Source: a virus
Taxonomy: Duplodnaviria > Caudoviricetes
IMG/VR virus record: IMGVR_UViG_2974623408_000001
Span: 1 to 64,000 of that record
DNA length: 64,000 nucleotides
Strand: one strand, 5' to 3'
Shown: in pieces, positions 7,661 through 15,412 of the stretch
How the letters are laid out: each line of letters starts with the position of its first letter
Numbering within the stretch: position 1 is the stretch's first letter
Position numbers and translations under genes: made by a program
Notes under the pieces: generated by a model
Told to the model about the DNA's origin: nothing
Database searches by the model: none
The model's input: only the letters and a program-made list of their open reading frames with translations

Positions 7661-7912
7661 TCACATCTCTGTCGTTGCTTCACCCCACCCGTTGATGTCT
7701 TTCCCCTCCAGGTGTTTGCACACAACCTTGTCTGCGTTCCATTTCTGAAACAGTCGGACGGATTTCCACCCGCAGACGCAACGTGCTTGGTAGGATGGTC
7801 GTCCGTCTCGTGGGTCCTCCTCGTACGGATGGTAGCTGTCGCGACCGATACCTCTGTGCATGGTCACACGGTGCATCATCTGGTTTCTGTGTAGTAGTGT
7901 CTCTATCACCAT
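7661..7912 (-). CDS. H-CxC-H array paralogue 21
   Basis: MVIETLLHRNQMMH...QARCVCGW-x17-H. Confidence 0.85.
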   Translation of the reverse strand: MVIETLLHRNQMMHRVTMHRGIGRDSYHPYEEDPRDGRPSYQARCVCGWKSVRLFQKWNADKVVCKHLEGKDINGWGEATTEM

Positions 7913-7924
7913 TCCACCGTCATT

Positions 7925-8185
7925 TCATCGTCCCAACACCCTCATCATCTTGCCTTCGAAACTATTGTCCCCACCCTCGGTGTGATTCTTCATGTATAGT
8001 CGGGCAACTCGTTCAACGTAGACGCGTCGTGACCACCAGCCGCACACGCATCTACCCTGGAAGGTTTCTTGACCATCTTCAGGGTCTTCCTGGTACACGT
8101 CATGGCGGCTTCTGCCTAAACCCTGGTGTACGTGACCCTGGTGCATGCTTTTATGACAGTCACGTGTGGTTTGAATCGCCATCAC
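7925..8185 (-). CDS. H-CxC-H array paralogue 20
   Basis: MAIQTTRDCHKSMH...QGRCVCGW...KNH. Confidence 0.85.
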   Translation of the reverse strand: MMAIQTTRDCHKSMHQGHVHQGLGRSRHDVYQEDPEDGQETFQGRCVCGWWSRRVYVERVARLYMKNHTEGGDNSFEGKMMRVLGR

Positions 8186-8235
8186 TCACGCCTCTCACTC
8201 ACGTCTCTCGCTCATCCACTCACCCACTTGCGCCC

Positions 8236-8490
8236 TCATATCCCGACATCCGGCTTACCAGCCAGCTGGCACTTGATGTGCTCTTTCGCGTAACGGTCCG
8301 CAAGCGGGAACAGGTAGAAACGTTTCGACATCCATCCGCACGTGCACCTGGATTGCAAGGTTGTGGTGCGGTCTGTGCGAGCGTCACTGTCTGTCGGTTC
8401 CTTGTACGGGTCACGCGGGTCACGCCCTATCCCTTTGTGCTTTGATATGACGTGCATCGTCGTCACGCATTCTGGTGTTGTCCGAATCAC
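8236..8490 (-). CDS. H-CxC-H array paralogue 19
   Basis: MIRTTPECVTTMH...QSRCTCGW...KEH. Confidence 0.85.
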   Translation of the reverse strand: MIRTTPECVTTMHVISKHKGIGRDPRDPYKEPTDSDARTDRTTTLQSRCTCGWMSKRFYLFPLADRYAKEHIKCQLAGKPDVGI

Positions 8491-8666
8491 GACATCACCA
8501 CCAGCGAGTCATCCGTACGCCAGCAACGGCACCGTTTCACCAGACACCCGTCCGCACCGTGTAAACACCATGCGTGCCCGCAGTCATCACACTGGGGCCA
8601 CCCGGGAGGGCTGCACACGATCCCGTCTGTCTTCTTGTCTGTTCTGTCTACACGCGTCTTGCTCAT
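8487..8666 (-). CDS. 59 aa Cys-rich protein of a different family inside the array
   Basis: hand translation MSKTRVDRTDKKTDGIVCSPPGWPQCDDCGHAWCLHGADGCLVKRCRCWRTDDSLVVMS; GTGA overlap at 8487-8490. Confidence 0.7.
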   Translation of the reverse strand: MSKTRVDRTDKKTDGIVCSPPGWPQCDDCGHAWCLHGADGCLVKRCRCWRTDDSLVVMS

Positions 8667-8707
8667 GTCTTACTCATTCACTGTCACTGTCACTGTCACT
8701 TTCATCC

Positions 8708-8938
8708 TCAGTATCCTGACGACGAGTACGAAAGTCTGTTAGGCATCGGACGCCCGATGTTGTGCTGCATCCATACGTGCCGATTCACCCATTTGAACGC
8801 CGTTCTAGAGCCGTTGAACGTGCACGTCGCACCGCATGTGCACTTTCCCTCGTAGTTGTACAGGTTAATACCGATAGGTATCTTGACGGTCGTGGCGCGG
8901 TGGTATTCGCTGATCTTCTCTGTGGTGGTAATTATCAC
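8708..8938 (-). CDS. H-CxC-H array paralogue 18
   Basis: VIITTTEKISEYH...CTCG...NRH; GTGA overlap. Confidence 0.85.
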   Translation of the reverse strand: MIITTTEKISEYHRATTVKIPIGINLYNYEGKCTCGATCTFNGSRTAFKWVNRHVWMQHNIGRPMPNRLSYSSSGY

Positions 8939-9150
8939 AATAGTCCTATCGGCATGGCACGGTGACTGTTCAGGGTTAGCCAGCGATGTCGTTGTATCCA
9001 TTTGTCCAGGGACTCACTTCTCAAATACCGTCTTGAGGTACCGCAACTGCATGAACCTCTATGCTCGTACACCTTGTAGTGATAATCCCACACCGTTTCC
9101 ACGGTGATCTTGTGCATGGCGTCGACTTTCCGCTCTGTGGTTTCAATCAT
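8935..9150 (-). CDS. H-CxC-H array paralogue 17
   Basis: MIETTERKVDAMH...CSCG...QRH. Confidence 0.85.
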   Translation of the reverse strand: MIETTERKVDAMHKITVETVWDYHYKVYEHRGSCSCGTSRRYLRSESLDKWIQRHRWLTLNSHRAMPIGLL

Positions 9151-9367
9151 GCGCGGTACCGTACCTACTGCCACAGCCGTACGTGGCGCCGTACTTGGTG
9201 TGATTATCCGCCCAGGCGACAGAATCACCCCAGCTGTGGAACTCTTCTACCCTGCCGCACGTGCACGACGCTTCGTAGTATTTTTCCCCGCTGTACAAGG
9301 TGTCACGACCTGTCTTCCACGACACTTGGTGTAGTAACTTGACCTGGCGTTCTGTTGTGACGATCAC
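9143..9367 (-). CDS. H-CxC-H array paralogue 16
   Basis: VIVTTERQVKLLH...CTCG...WADNH. Confidence 0.85.
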   Translation of the reverse strand: MIVTTERQVKLLHQVSWKTGRDTLYSGEKYYEASCTCGRVEEFHSWGDSVAWADNHTKYGATYGCGSRYGTAHD

Positions 9368-9392
9368 TTGTCATGCACCTCTCACGAAACTG

Positions 9393-9596
9393 TCACGCAC
9401 CTCTCAGCGACGGCGGCCTTGGACCCCACTTGTGAATGTCTGCCCATTCTGAGGCGGCTGTAGTCTGTAGAAACCGATCTGTTGCCCCGCACGAGCACAC
9501 AGCACGGTACACCCAGGTGTAGCCGTTGCCTGCGACGTACGCGTCGAACGTCACGGTGTGCATCATGCGCACTTGGTCTATTGTTGTGGTGATCAT
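9393..9596 (-). CDS. H-CxC-H array paralogue 15
   Basis: MITTTIDQVRMMH...CSCG...WADIHKWG; ATGA overlap. Confidence 0.85.
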   Translation of the reverse strand: MITTTIDQVRMMHTVTFDAYVAGNGYTWVYRAVCSCGATDRFLQTTAASEWADIHKWGPRPPSLRGA

Positions 9597-9811
9597 CTGT
9601 GCGCACTCATCCTCAACATTCTTGTCCTTGCCAGCCAACCCCACTTGTGTTCGGCTGCCCAGGCGAGTACGTCTCTCTTACTCAAGTACGCGCCGTACGC
9701 GCCGCACGTACATGTGGCTCGGTTAACCCAGTTGCCTGAGGGGTTGACGAAGGTGTCAAAAGACACAGTGTGCAGGGCGTTGACTGCATTATTTGTATGG
9801 ACGAACATCAT
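9593..9811 (-). CDS. H-CxC-H array paralogue 14
   Basis: MMFVHTNNAVNALH...CTCG...WAAEHKWG; ATGA overlap. Confidence 0.85.
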   Translation of the reverse strand: MMFVHTNNAVNALHTVSFDTFVNPSGNWVNRATCTCGAYGAYLSKRDVLAWAAEHKWGWLARTRMLRMSAHR

Positions 9812-10023
9812 CTACCCGCATCTATCCACCGGAACGGTTGCTGAAGGTGAAAGTCGATCATCCGATTAACATCCGCTGTGCTGTACGCGTAATAGGTTGC
9901 GCCGCACGCGCACCATATCTGATACTCTTCGCCCATATTCTCGTAACCCGGTCCGTTACGGTCTGTGAGTGCACAATCCATGACATGCATGGCTGCCACG
10001 GTGCGTTGTGTGGTGTGAATCAT
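9808..10023 (-). CDS. H-CxC-H array paralogue 13
   Basis: MIHTTQRTVAAMH...CACG...DFH; ATGA overlap. Confidence 0.85.
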   Translation of the reverse strand: MIHTTQRTVAAMHVMDCALTDRNGPGYENMGEEYQIWCACGATYYAYSTADVNRMIDFHLQQPFRWIDAGR

Positions 10024-10226
10024 ACTCGTTGTTCCCACTCTGTGATTATGTGCCGGTGGGCGCGCTGTTTGGCTGAACTTGCTGTGGTGGAAGAAATAGA
10101 CTCCCAACCACATCGGCATTTCGCGGTGTATCGCCGTATCTGCACACCGGTTGCGGTTTCCACAGGATACTCGAACACACGACCCGAATGCAACACTTTG
10201 ACGGTGTCAAACAGTGTGGCGATCAC
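10020..10226 (-). CDS. H-CxC-H array paralogue 12
   Basis: VIATLFDTVKVLH...CRCGW...HRH; GTGA overlap. Confidence 0.85.
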   Translation of the reverse strand: MIATLFDTVKVLHSGRVFEYPVETATGVQIRRYTAKCRCGWESISSTTASSAKQRAHRHIITEWEQRV

Positions 10227-10429
10227 TTTGAACTCTCATCCATCCAGGTTCTCCACAAAGTTTCATGATTCTGCATGGCAAGTTCTGCGCCTCTTCTTGA
10301 GTGGTAACCAGACGTGTACCATCCACATCTACAGGCACCGCTGTACGGCAGACCGTCACCACCGCCTAGGGTTATCTTCAGAGACGTTTTATGGAGCATA
10401 GGGAAGAGCACGACGTATCTTTCAATCAC
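10223..10429 (-). CDS. H-CxC-H array paralogue 11
   Basis: VIERYVVLFPMLH...CRCGW...QNH; GTGA overlap. Confidence 0.85.
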   Translation of the reverse strand: MIERYVVLFPMLHKTSLKITLGGGDGLPYSGACRCGWYTSGYHSRRGAELAMQNHETLWRTWMDESSK

Positions 10430-10626
10430 CAGTCGGCCCTTCCGTGATCACCTGTCTGCACATAGTATTCGTGCATCCATTTCCGGTCTCTCGCGGATTT
10501 GATGTCTGCCAGCCAGCCGGACACACGACCGCATGTGCATCTGTACCTATGTACTGGCGAACTGTCACTGCTTTCGATGCGTGTCTGGTGTACGCTTCTG
10601 GCGTGGTTTTCTAGTTCAATGATCAT
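10426..10626 (-). CDS. H-CxC-H array paralogue 10
   Basis: MIIELENHARSVH...CTCG...WMH. Confidence 0.85.
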   Translation of the reverse strand: MIIELENHARSVHQTRIESSDSSPVHRYRCTCGRVSGWLADIKSARDRKWMHEYYVQTGDHGRADW

Positions 10627-10633
10627 TAGAAGA

Positions 10634-10897
10634 TCACTTCATCTCCCCTACCCATTCGCCCTCTGGTGTACACACAGTGTGAAAATCGCCGCCAACGCGT
10701 GACCCGAGATGTGCGAGAAGCCGGAACTTGGCACTCGGAAGTCGATCCTCCTGGTACCACGGACGTTCGACCTCGGACCGGGATTCGGGATGAATGCACG
10801 GGCACACGAATTCCCAGCCAGGTACGCCTGACCTGTACGCTCGTACCAATCGCGCTGGATGCATGGAGCGTGCACACTGTGCTAGTTCGACGATCAT
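10634..10897 (-). CDS. H-CxC-H array paralogue 9
   Basis: MIVELAQCARSMH...CPC...LAH; ATGA overlap. Confidence 0.8.
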   Translation of the reverse strand: MIVELAQCARSMHPARLVRAYRSGVPGWEFVCPCIHPESRSEVERPWYQEDRLPSAKFRLLAHLGSRVGGDFHTVCTPEGEWVGEMK

Positions 10898-11181
10898 AGA
10901 GGCACTCCCCGTTGAGTGCACGCGGTCACGAAGTATTCGCCTCGTTTTGCGTCGCCGTTGTAGCAATAGGTGAGATCAACTGCAACCAAATGATGAAACA
11001 CAGCTGTTAGATGCACGGCGATACGTTGCTTTGCGTGGGCGAGTGACTGGTGCGCGTATCCTGCATCGTGTACGCCGCACGGGCATTCGATATTCCATTG
11101 ATCGAATCCATGTCTGTCCTGTCCGCAGATAATCTTAGTTTGGTGTATCGCGGCAGCGTGACGCATCAACAGTGTCACCAT
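10894..11181 (-). CDS. H-CxC-H array paralogue 8
   Basis: MVTLLMRHAAAIH...CPCG...AVH; aggag RBS. Confidence 0.8.
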   Translation of the reverse strand: MVTLLMRHAAAIHQTKIICGQDRHGFDQWNIECPCGVHDAGYAHQSLAHAKQRIAVHLTAVFHHLVAVDLTYCYNGDAKRGEYFVTACTQRGVPL

Positions 11182-11357
11182 TGCATTTCTCCTGTTTTCG
11201 CCCAGTGCATATGACGAGATTCTTCCCGTATCACCTCTCTGTGACTTGTGCTGACGTACATGAACTCGCACGAACACTGCACACGGTAGTACGGATGGTC
11301 GAATACGAAATTTGTTCTGTGCATGTCCAGAATGCACACGGGCAACTCGATGAACAC
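11175..11357 (-). CDS. H-CxC-H array paralogue 7
   Basis: VFIELPVCILDMH...CSC...RHMH; TAGTG overlap. Confidence 0.8.
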   Translation of the reverse strand: MFIELPVCILDMHRTNFVFDHPYYRVQCSCEFMYVSTSHREVIREESRHMHWAKTGEMQW

Positions 11358-11626
11358 TAGAGGTCCCTGCCCAACACCTGACGCGCTATTCCGACACTGT
11401 ACAGCGATATCTCTGCCTCACCGTTGCACGCTTTGAAAACCTCACGGATGTGATGGTAACCCCAAGAGTTTTCTGCTTTCTCCTTTGTGACGCTGTCATA
11501 ACCCGCGGAGCCGTTCCAACCACAGGTGCATCGTGCTTGATACGACCTGACTGTCCACGGGTCTGGTACAGATATGATGTTCGGCTGATGAAAGGCGGAC
11601 ACCATCAACGGCAGGACTTGGATCAT
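11357..11626 (-). CDS. H-CxC-H array paralogue 6
   Basis: MIQVLPLMVSAFH...CTCGW...YHH; ATGA overlap. Confidence 0.85.
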   Translation of the reverse strand: MIQVLPLMVSAFHQPNIISVPDPWTVRSYQARCTCGWNGSAGYDSVTKEKAENSWGYHHIREVFKACNGEAEISLYSVGIARQVLGRDL

Positions 11627-11892
11627 CGGACTGGCTTTCGTGTACGCGCGATTCGTTCTTTCGACCGTGTCATCGGACGATTCGGTTCACCGGCCAGAAC
11701 ATAGTTGAGGTGCAGAAAGTGAAACGTCACAGCCTGTCTCTTCGTCACGAAACCGCGTTTACCTTCCCACCCGCACGAACACCATGCGCCCCATTTCATG
11801 TCTGGACGTCCGTATATCCGCTCGTTCGGTTTCAGCTTGCGGGTCAGATCCTGATGTGTCTTCGCGATGAAGTTTTTCGGAGTGTCGATCAT
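11623..11892 (-). CDS. H-CxC-H array paralogue 5
   Basis: MIDTPKNFIAKTH...CSCGW...HFLH; ATGA overlap. Confidence 0.85.
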   Translation of the reverse strand: MIDTPKNFIAKTHQDLTRKLKPNERIYGRPDMKWGAWCSCGWEGKRGFVTKRQAVTFHFLHLNYVLAGEPNRPMTRSKERIARTRKPVR

Positions 11893-12116
11893 GGTTGGTT
11901 TTTCCACCCTTGAAAACAGTATTCGATGTGCAGGTCGCCTAGGTAACGTGCATAGTCTTTCTTTGTCTGCGGTGAGTACGTCCAGCCGCATGAGCAGCGG
12001 GCTTCGTACAGAATCATGGTTCTATGAACACCACGTGAACTGCTGACAGTGGTCACGTGTGTGGCACGTATTCGGTCACACACTCGCATGCTCAAATCTG
12101 TTGTTGTAATGATCAT
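11889..12116 (-). CDS. H-CxC-H array paralogue 4
   Basis: MIITTT...ATH...CSCGW...DLH; ATGA overlap. Confidence 0.85.
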   Translation of the reverse strand: MIITTTDLSMRVCDRIRATHVTTVSSSRGVHRTMILYEARCSCGWTYSPQTKKDYARYLGDLHIEYCFQGWKNQP

Positions 12117-12334
12117 CGTGGCATCCAGGGTTCACCGCGGGTACACCACTCGATGTGCATATTGCAGTACATCTCGCAGCTGACCCTGGCTGTGAACGTT
12201 GCGTATAGATTCCAGCCGCACGAACACACGGGGCGCCATTCCTCGATTTCGGATTCCCACTCAGTTGATGTGCGATGTTCTTCGTTGACCTTCGCGTGCA
12301 CCGAGTGTTTGATCTCGTACGTTGTCTGTATCAT
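12113..12334 (-). CDS. H-CxC-H array paralogue 3
   Basis: MIQTTYEIKHSVH...CSCGW...NMH. Confidence 0.85.
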   Translation of the reverse strand: MIQTTYEIKHSVHAKVNEEHRTSTEWESEIEEWRPVCSCGWNLYATFTARVSCEMYCNMHIEWCTRGEPWMPR

Positions 12335-12385
12335 GTCATGTCGATTCTGTCCAGTCTGTCAGTCTGTCTACCAGTACGTTTGTCG

Positions 12386-12574
12386 TCAGTATGCGTCGCT
12401 GAGTACACCGTTGTGGTGGTTGCGCACCGCTCTGTCCACGTACGTCGTGAACACGGATCGATTCCAGCCACAGCCGCAAACTAATTGCGATATAGCTCGT
12501 CCTCTTTCGCTAATGCCGTGCGTGATCCACACCTTATGCGTGTTTTCGACGTGTTGGACGGTTGTGACGATCAT
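12386..12574 (-). CDS. H-CxC-H array paralogue 2 (leaderless)
   Basis: MIVTTVQHVENTH...CGCGW...RNHH. Confidence 0.85.
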   Translation of the reverse strand: MIVTTVQHVENTHKVWITHGISERGRAISQLVCGCGWNRSVFTTYVDRAVRNHHNGVLSDAY

Positions 12575-12580
12575 GCAGTT

Positions 12581-12609
12581 ACCATATCATACTGTCCTTG
12601 TCACTACAA
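12581..12609 (-). promoter_or_regulatory. internal array promoter
   Basis: TTGTAG-N17(ending TGA)-TATGGT-6 nt-ATG 12574. Confidence 0.65.
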
Positions 12610-12855
12610 CAGTTGACGAACAAACGAGTTCTGCAGGCCGCCATGAAACTCGTTGTTGTGGTCTGCAGCTTCTACCTTTGCCCTGAAATATCGCCAGCTT
12701 GGCGTAGCAAACCAGAAACATGCGCCGCATATCGCGCGGTACTGCACCCTGGATTTCGTGGCTAATGACCGGGAGCGATTGAACGAGTACGTGTGCACAA
12801 CTGCGTGCGCCGGTGACTCCATCGTGGTGGACAGCAGGTCAGTGAGAAAAATCAT
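12604..12855 (-). CDS. H-CxxC-H array paralogue 1
   Basis: MIFLTD...PAH...YRAICGACFW...ADH; ATGA overlap. Confidence 0.8.
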   Translation of the reverse strand: MIFLTDLLSTTMESPAHAVVHTYSFNRSRSLATKSRVQYRAICGACFWFATPSWRYFRAKVEAADHNNEFHGGLQNSFVRQLL

Positions 12856-13277
12856 AGTCTTGTGTATGACGGGCCGTACCGAATGAACCGTTCTTTCCAT
12901 ATTTCTGCTTCACTCGCGGACCACGTAAACGGTGGTGTCACGCGTGCGACGTCGATAGGGTCATGGAACAGCTGGTACGTATACGGCGAGCCGCCGGCTA
13001 GTGACCCCATCAGCTTTTCAAGTGAAACAGATGAGAACAGAGTACTTCGCATACTTTCTGCTTCGGACAGTTCGTCATTCTCGTAGAAACAGTGAATTCT
13101 CGTAGCGCTCATGAACGCCGGGTTGTCGGGTGACATAAGTGTGACGTGATAGATTTTCCACCGATCCACACTGCTGGACGTGAGGTTTCGTTTGAGACGG
13201 GTGTCATTCCTGGCGACCACGCCATTGATCCAATCTGTGTACAGAGTTGGAGCGCAACGATCGTACTGCAGGATCAT
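12852..13277 (-). CDS. hypothetical protein, second gene of the array operon
   Basis: 141 aa; MI..YD and RWKI shared with the 13274-13711 product. Confidence 0.7.
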   Translation of the reverse strand: MILQYDRCAPTLYTDWINGVVARNDTRLKRNLTSSSVDRWKIYHVTLMSPDNPAFMSATRIHCFYENDELSEAESMRSTLFSSVSLEKLMGSLAGGSPYTYQLFHDPIDVARVTPPFTWSASEAEIWKERFIRYGPSYTRL

Positions 13278-13711
13278 GACACCACCGAGGCGAGATACTT
13301 GACGTGTTCGTACTTGCTGACGACACGATCAAAAGCGCCGTCAAAACGAGGAACCAGTTCGCCGTGACCCTCGCACGAACATTCGACTAGCTGCGTGATG
13401 GTGGCACCGCCGGTTGAGTCGAAAAGATGCATGAACGACGCCAACGAGATAGCGCTGACTCGAGTGTCCTGAGTTTGGTCTTTGGCGGATTCGCAGTAGC
13501 AGATGAGAGTGGAATTCTCAACATCTACTTGTGTTCTTTCTGGCCCGACGTTTAGCCATTTGATCTTGAAAGTGATGATCTTCCAGCGTGACTCTTCGAA
13601 GTTACGAAAACCAGGCTGTGGACTCATCACGAGATGGGCGTTACCGCGAAGCACGGTCATGAGAACATGACGTGCTGCTACGTCGTAGCGTTGATCGTAG
13701 GTGTCTATCAT
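13274..13711 (-). CDS. hypothetical protein heading the array (C-terminal CSC...H)
   Basis: near-leaderless start MIDTYDQ 7 nt after the -10 box; ends VECSCEG...YEH. Confidence 0.7.
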   Translation of the reverse strand: MIDTYDQRYDVAARHVLMTVLRGNAHLVMSPQPGFRNFEESRWKIITFKIKWLNVGPERTQVDVENSTLICYCESAKDQTQDTRVSAISLASFMHLFDSTGGATITQLVECSCEGHGELVPRFDGAFDRVVSKYEHVKYLASVVS

Positions 13712-13718
13712 GATCGTT

Positions 13719-13780
13719 ACGGTATCACGGTACACGACATCTGTAAACCTATTGCGTACACGTCATGTCCCTGATACGAT
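13719..13780. promoter_or_regulatory. divergent promoter pair driving the array (left) and accessory operon (right)
   Basis: minus: TTTACA-N17(CGTGA)-TACCGT; plus: TTGCGT 13752-N17-TACGAT 13775-13780. Confidence 0.75.
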
Positions 13781-13835
13781 CATGTCACTTGACAGGCACG
13801 ATACTATGGATATCAACGACGAAAGGTAATCCAGT

Positions 13836-14213
13836 ATGACCGAATTTGACCCGGGTAACCTCCCGAGTATGGACGATCTCGCAGGAGGGCTCACCAAGCC
13901 GGGCTTTGGTGTATCCGGTGTGCCCGACGAATCCACCGACGAGGTCAAACACGCAACGATCGCAGGTCCAACCGCGATGGGTGGTGCGGTAGCCCCGACA
14001 CCACCGGAACCGGTGGACAAGATCGACATGACCGTCACAGTGCGGAACGAGGGTGGCGACCGATTGACGCTGGCGTTCACCGCGCACATCAGTCAGTGGC
14101 CGCGCCTCATGCAAGAGATGGGGTCCGAGGAGTGGCACCGGCAGGTTTCGACCGCGCTGCAGCGCATGTACGAGGACCGAGTTGCAGCCGCGGAAGAGCA
14201 AGGACGATCATGA
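13836..14213 (+). CDS. hypothetical protein
   Basis: acgaaagg RBS. Confidence 0.7.
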   Translation: MTEFDPGNLPSMDDLAGGLTKPGFGVSGVPDESTDEVKHATIAGPTAMGGAVAPTPPEPVDKIDMTVTVRNEGGDRLTLAFTAHISQWPRLMQEMGSEEWHRQVSTALQRMYEDRVAAAEEQGRS

Positions 14214-14246
14214 CTACAGGGTATTCCTGTTCGGTTGGGAGTGATC

Positions 14247-14528
14247 ATGTCTGATGACAAGAAGAAGGTACGCGTCCAGGTCGCTGGTATCGGCCAGCTG
14301 GCTATGGGTTTCTCTGCACTCGTGGCTGAGAATCGCGCAGACGACTGGTCAGCGTTGTACAGCAGCTTGTCGCAGGAAGAGCGTATCAACATGACCATGG
14401 CGATGGCTCAGATTCTCGGTGCGTGCGCCCAGGCGATCATCGATTTCAAGGACGAAGACCTGGAACCCGCGGAGTGGTTGCGCGCACGCGGTGAGGAAAT
14501 GTTGTCGAACGCCTATAGGGAAGATTGA
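14247..14528 (+). CDS. hypothetical protein
   Basis: ggag RBS before MSDD. Confidence 0.65.
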   Translation: MSDDKKKVRVQVAGIGQLAMGFSALVAENRADDWSALYSSLSQEERINMTMAMAQILGACAQAIIDFKDEDLEPAEWLRARGEEMLSNAYRED

Positions 14529-14659
14529 TGGCACGCGCCGACTACTACTGCACGGACTGTGGCAAGACGCACGACGAATGCTATTGCGACTGGGACATGG
14601 ACAACACTCGACAGGAAGACGACGATGATTTGGGACCCGAAGAAGGTCAACAGGATTGA
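14528..14659 (+). CDS. 43 aa Cys-rich acidic microprotein
   Basis: hand translation MARADYYCTDCGKTHDECYCDWDMDN...; TGATG overlap. Confidence 0.55.
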   Translation: MARADYYCTDCGKTHDECYCDWDMDNTRQEDDDDLGPEEGQQD

Positions 14660-14837
14660 GGTCATTGACCACAGCCTGATCCCGACCAAAGGTACTGCAT
14701 CCGCCTATCATGGTGAGGGTGTACGCGTTTCCGTACACCTGCAGGACGACGGTCGAACGATGAAGATTTTTGTGACGCATGACGGCGAGCCGGTTGTGCG
14801 TCCAGAGGGCTGGTTGTCGGAGCGTCACGATGATTGA
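14625..14837 (+). CDS. hypothetical protein
   Basis: start MIWDPK; RIEVIDH...LQDDGRTMKIF. Confidence 0.6.
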   Translation: MIWDPKKVNRIEVIDHSLIPTKGTASAYHGEGVRVSVHLQDDGRTMKIFVTHDGEPVVRPEGWLSERHDD

Positions 14838-15123
14838 GACGCAGTATCCGAGCATGACCTTGTACATTCGTAGACAGTTGTTCAACTTCTTTCTCCATGG
14901 TGACGGCTCTGACGACGACGTTCGTCAAGCATCGAAGAGAACCGACGACTGGTTCGATCTCGAATCCCGGTACAGAGTTGACGACATGCTTGCCGCTGCA
15001 GGGATCACCCGAGACGAACTGACAGTCAGATGGTGGTTGTCGTGTCCTCTCGGCGCTCGTCATCACGGATTCGAAGACGACTTGTACTGGAAACTAGCGT
15101 ACCGGTTCAAGAAAGACGGCTGA
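14830..15123 (+). CDS. hypothetical protein
   Basis: start MIETQY, ggag RBS. Confidence 0.6.
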   Translation: MIETQYPSMTLYIRRQLFNFFLHGDGSDDDVRQASKRTDDWFDLESRYRVDDMLAAAGITRDELTVRWWLSCPLGARHHGFEDDLYWKLAYRFKKDG

Positions 15124-15142
15124 GAAGAGGTATGGGACAAGG

Positions 15143-15412
15143 ATGCCAAGTAGCAAAGACCAGATTTACCGCGACATCGTGGAGGAAGCCGCGAAAACAA
15201 CCGAAGCGCGGACTGGTCGCAAGCACCGCGATAAGACGGGTAAGGAACTCTATCAGGAGTACTACCCGCCGCACGAAGAACTCGACAACGACAAAAAGCG
15301 CCACGCCGTCAAGGTGATCTGCGGGATCGCGGACAACGCCGAAGACGCACAGACAGTACTCAACGCCTTGAATCTTGACCCTTCCGAATTGTTTGGAGAC
15401 GATGATGCTTGA
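15143..15412 (+). CDS. hypothetical protein
   Basis: 89 aa ORF in operon order. Confidence 0.65.
   Translation: MPSSKDQIYRDIVEEAAKTTEARTGRKHRDKTGKELYQEYYPPHEELDNDKKRHAVKVICGIADNAEDAQTVLNALNLDPSELFGDDDA

Noticed and set aside
12340-12375. Short (CAGTCTGT)-like repeats between paralogues 2 and 3
   Set aside because: Only two to three short copies; I could not fit a promoter or find them elsewhere.
7007-12886. Plus-strand ORFs such as 7007-7894, 7783-8445, 9793-10401 and 12057-12686
   Set aside because: Shadow frames of the coupled minus-strand genes; no RBS or motifs.
7661-13711. Integron cassette array or diversity-generating retroelement as the source of the paralogue array
   Set aside because: Genes overlap at stop/start codons, leaving no room for attC sites; no integrase, reverse transcriptase or near-identical TR/VR pair is visible in the window (the rest of the genome is unseen).
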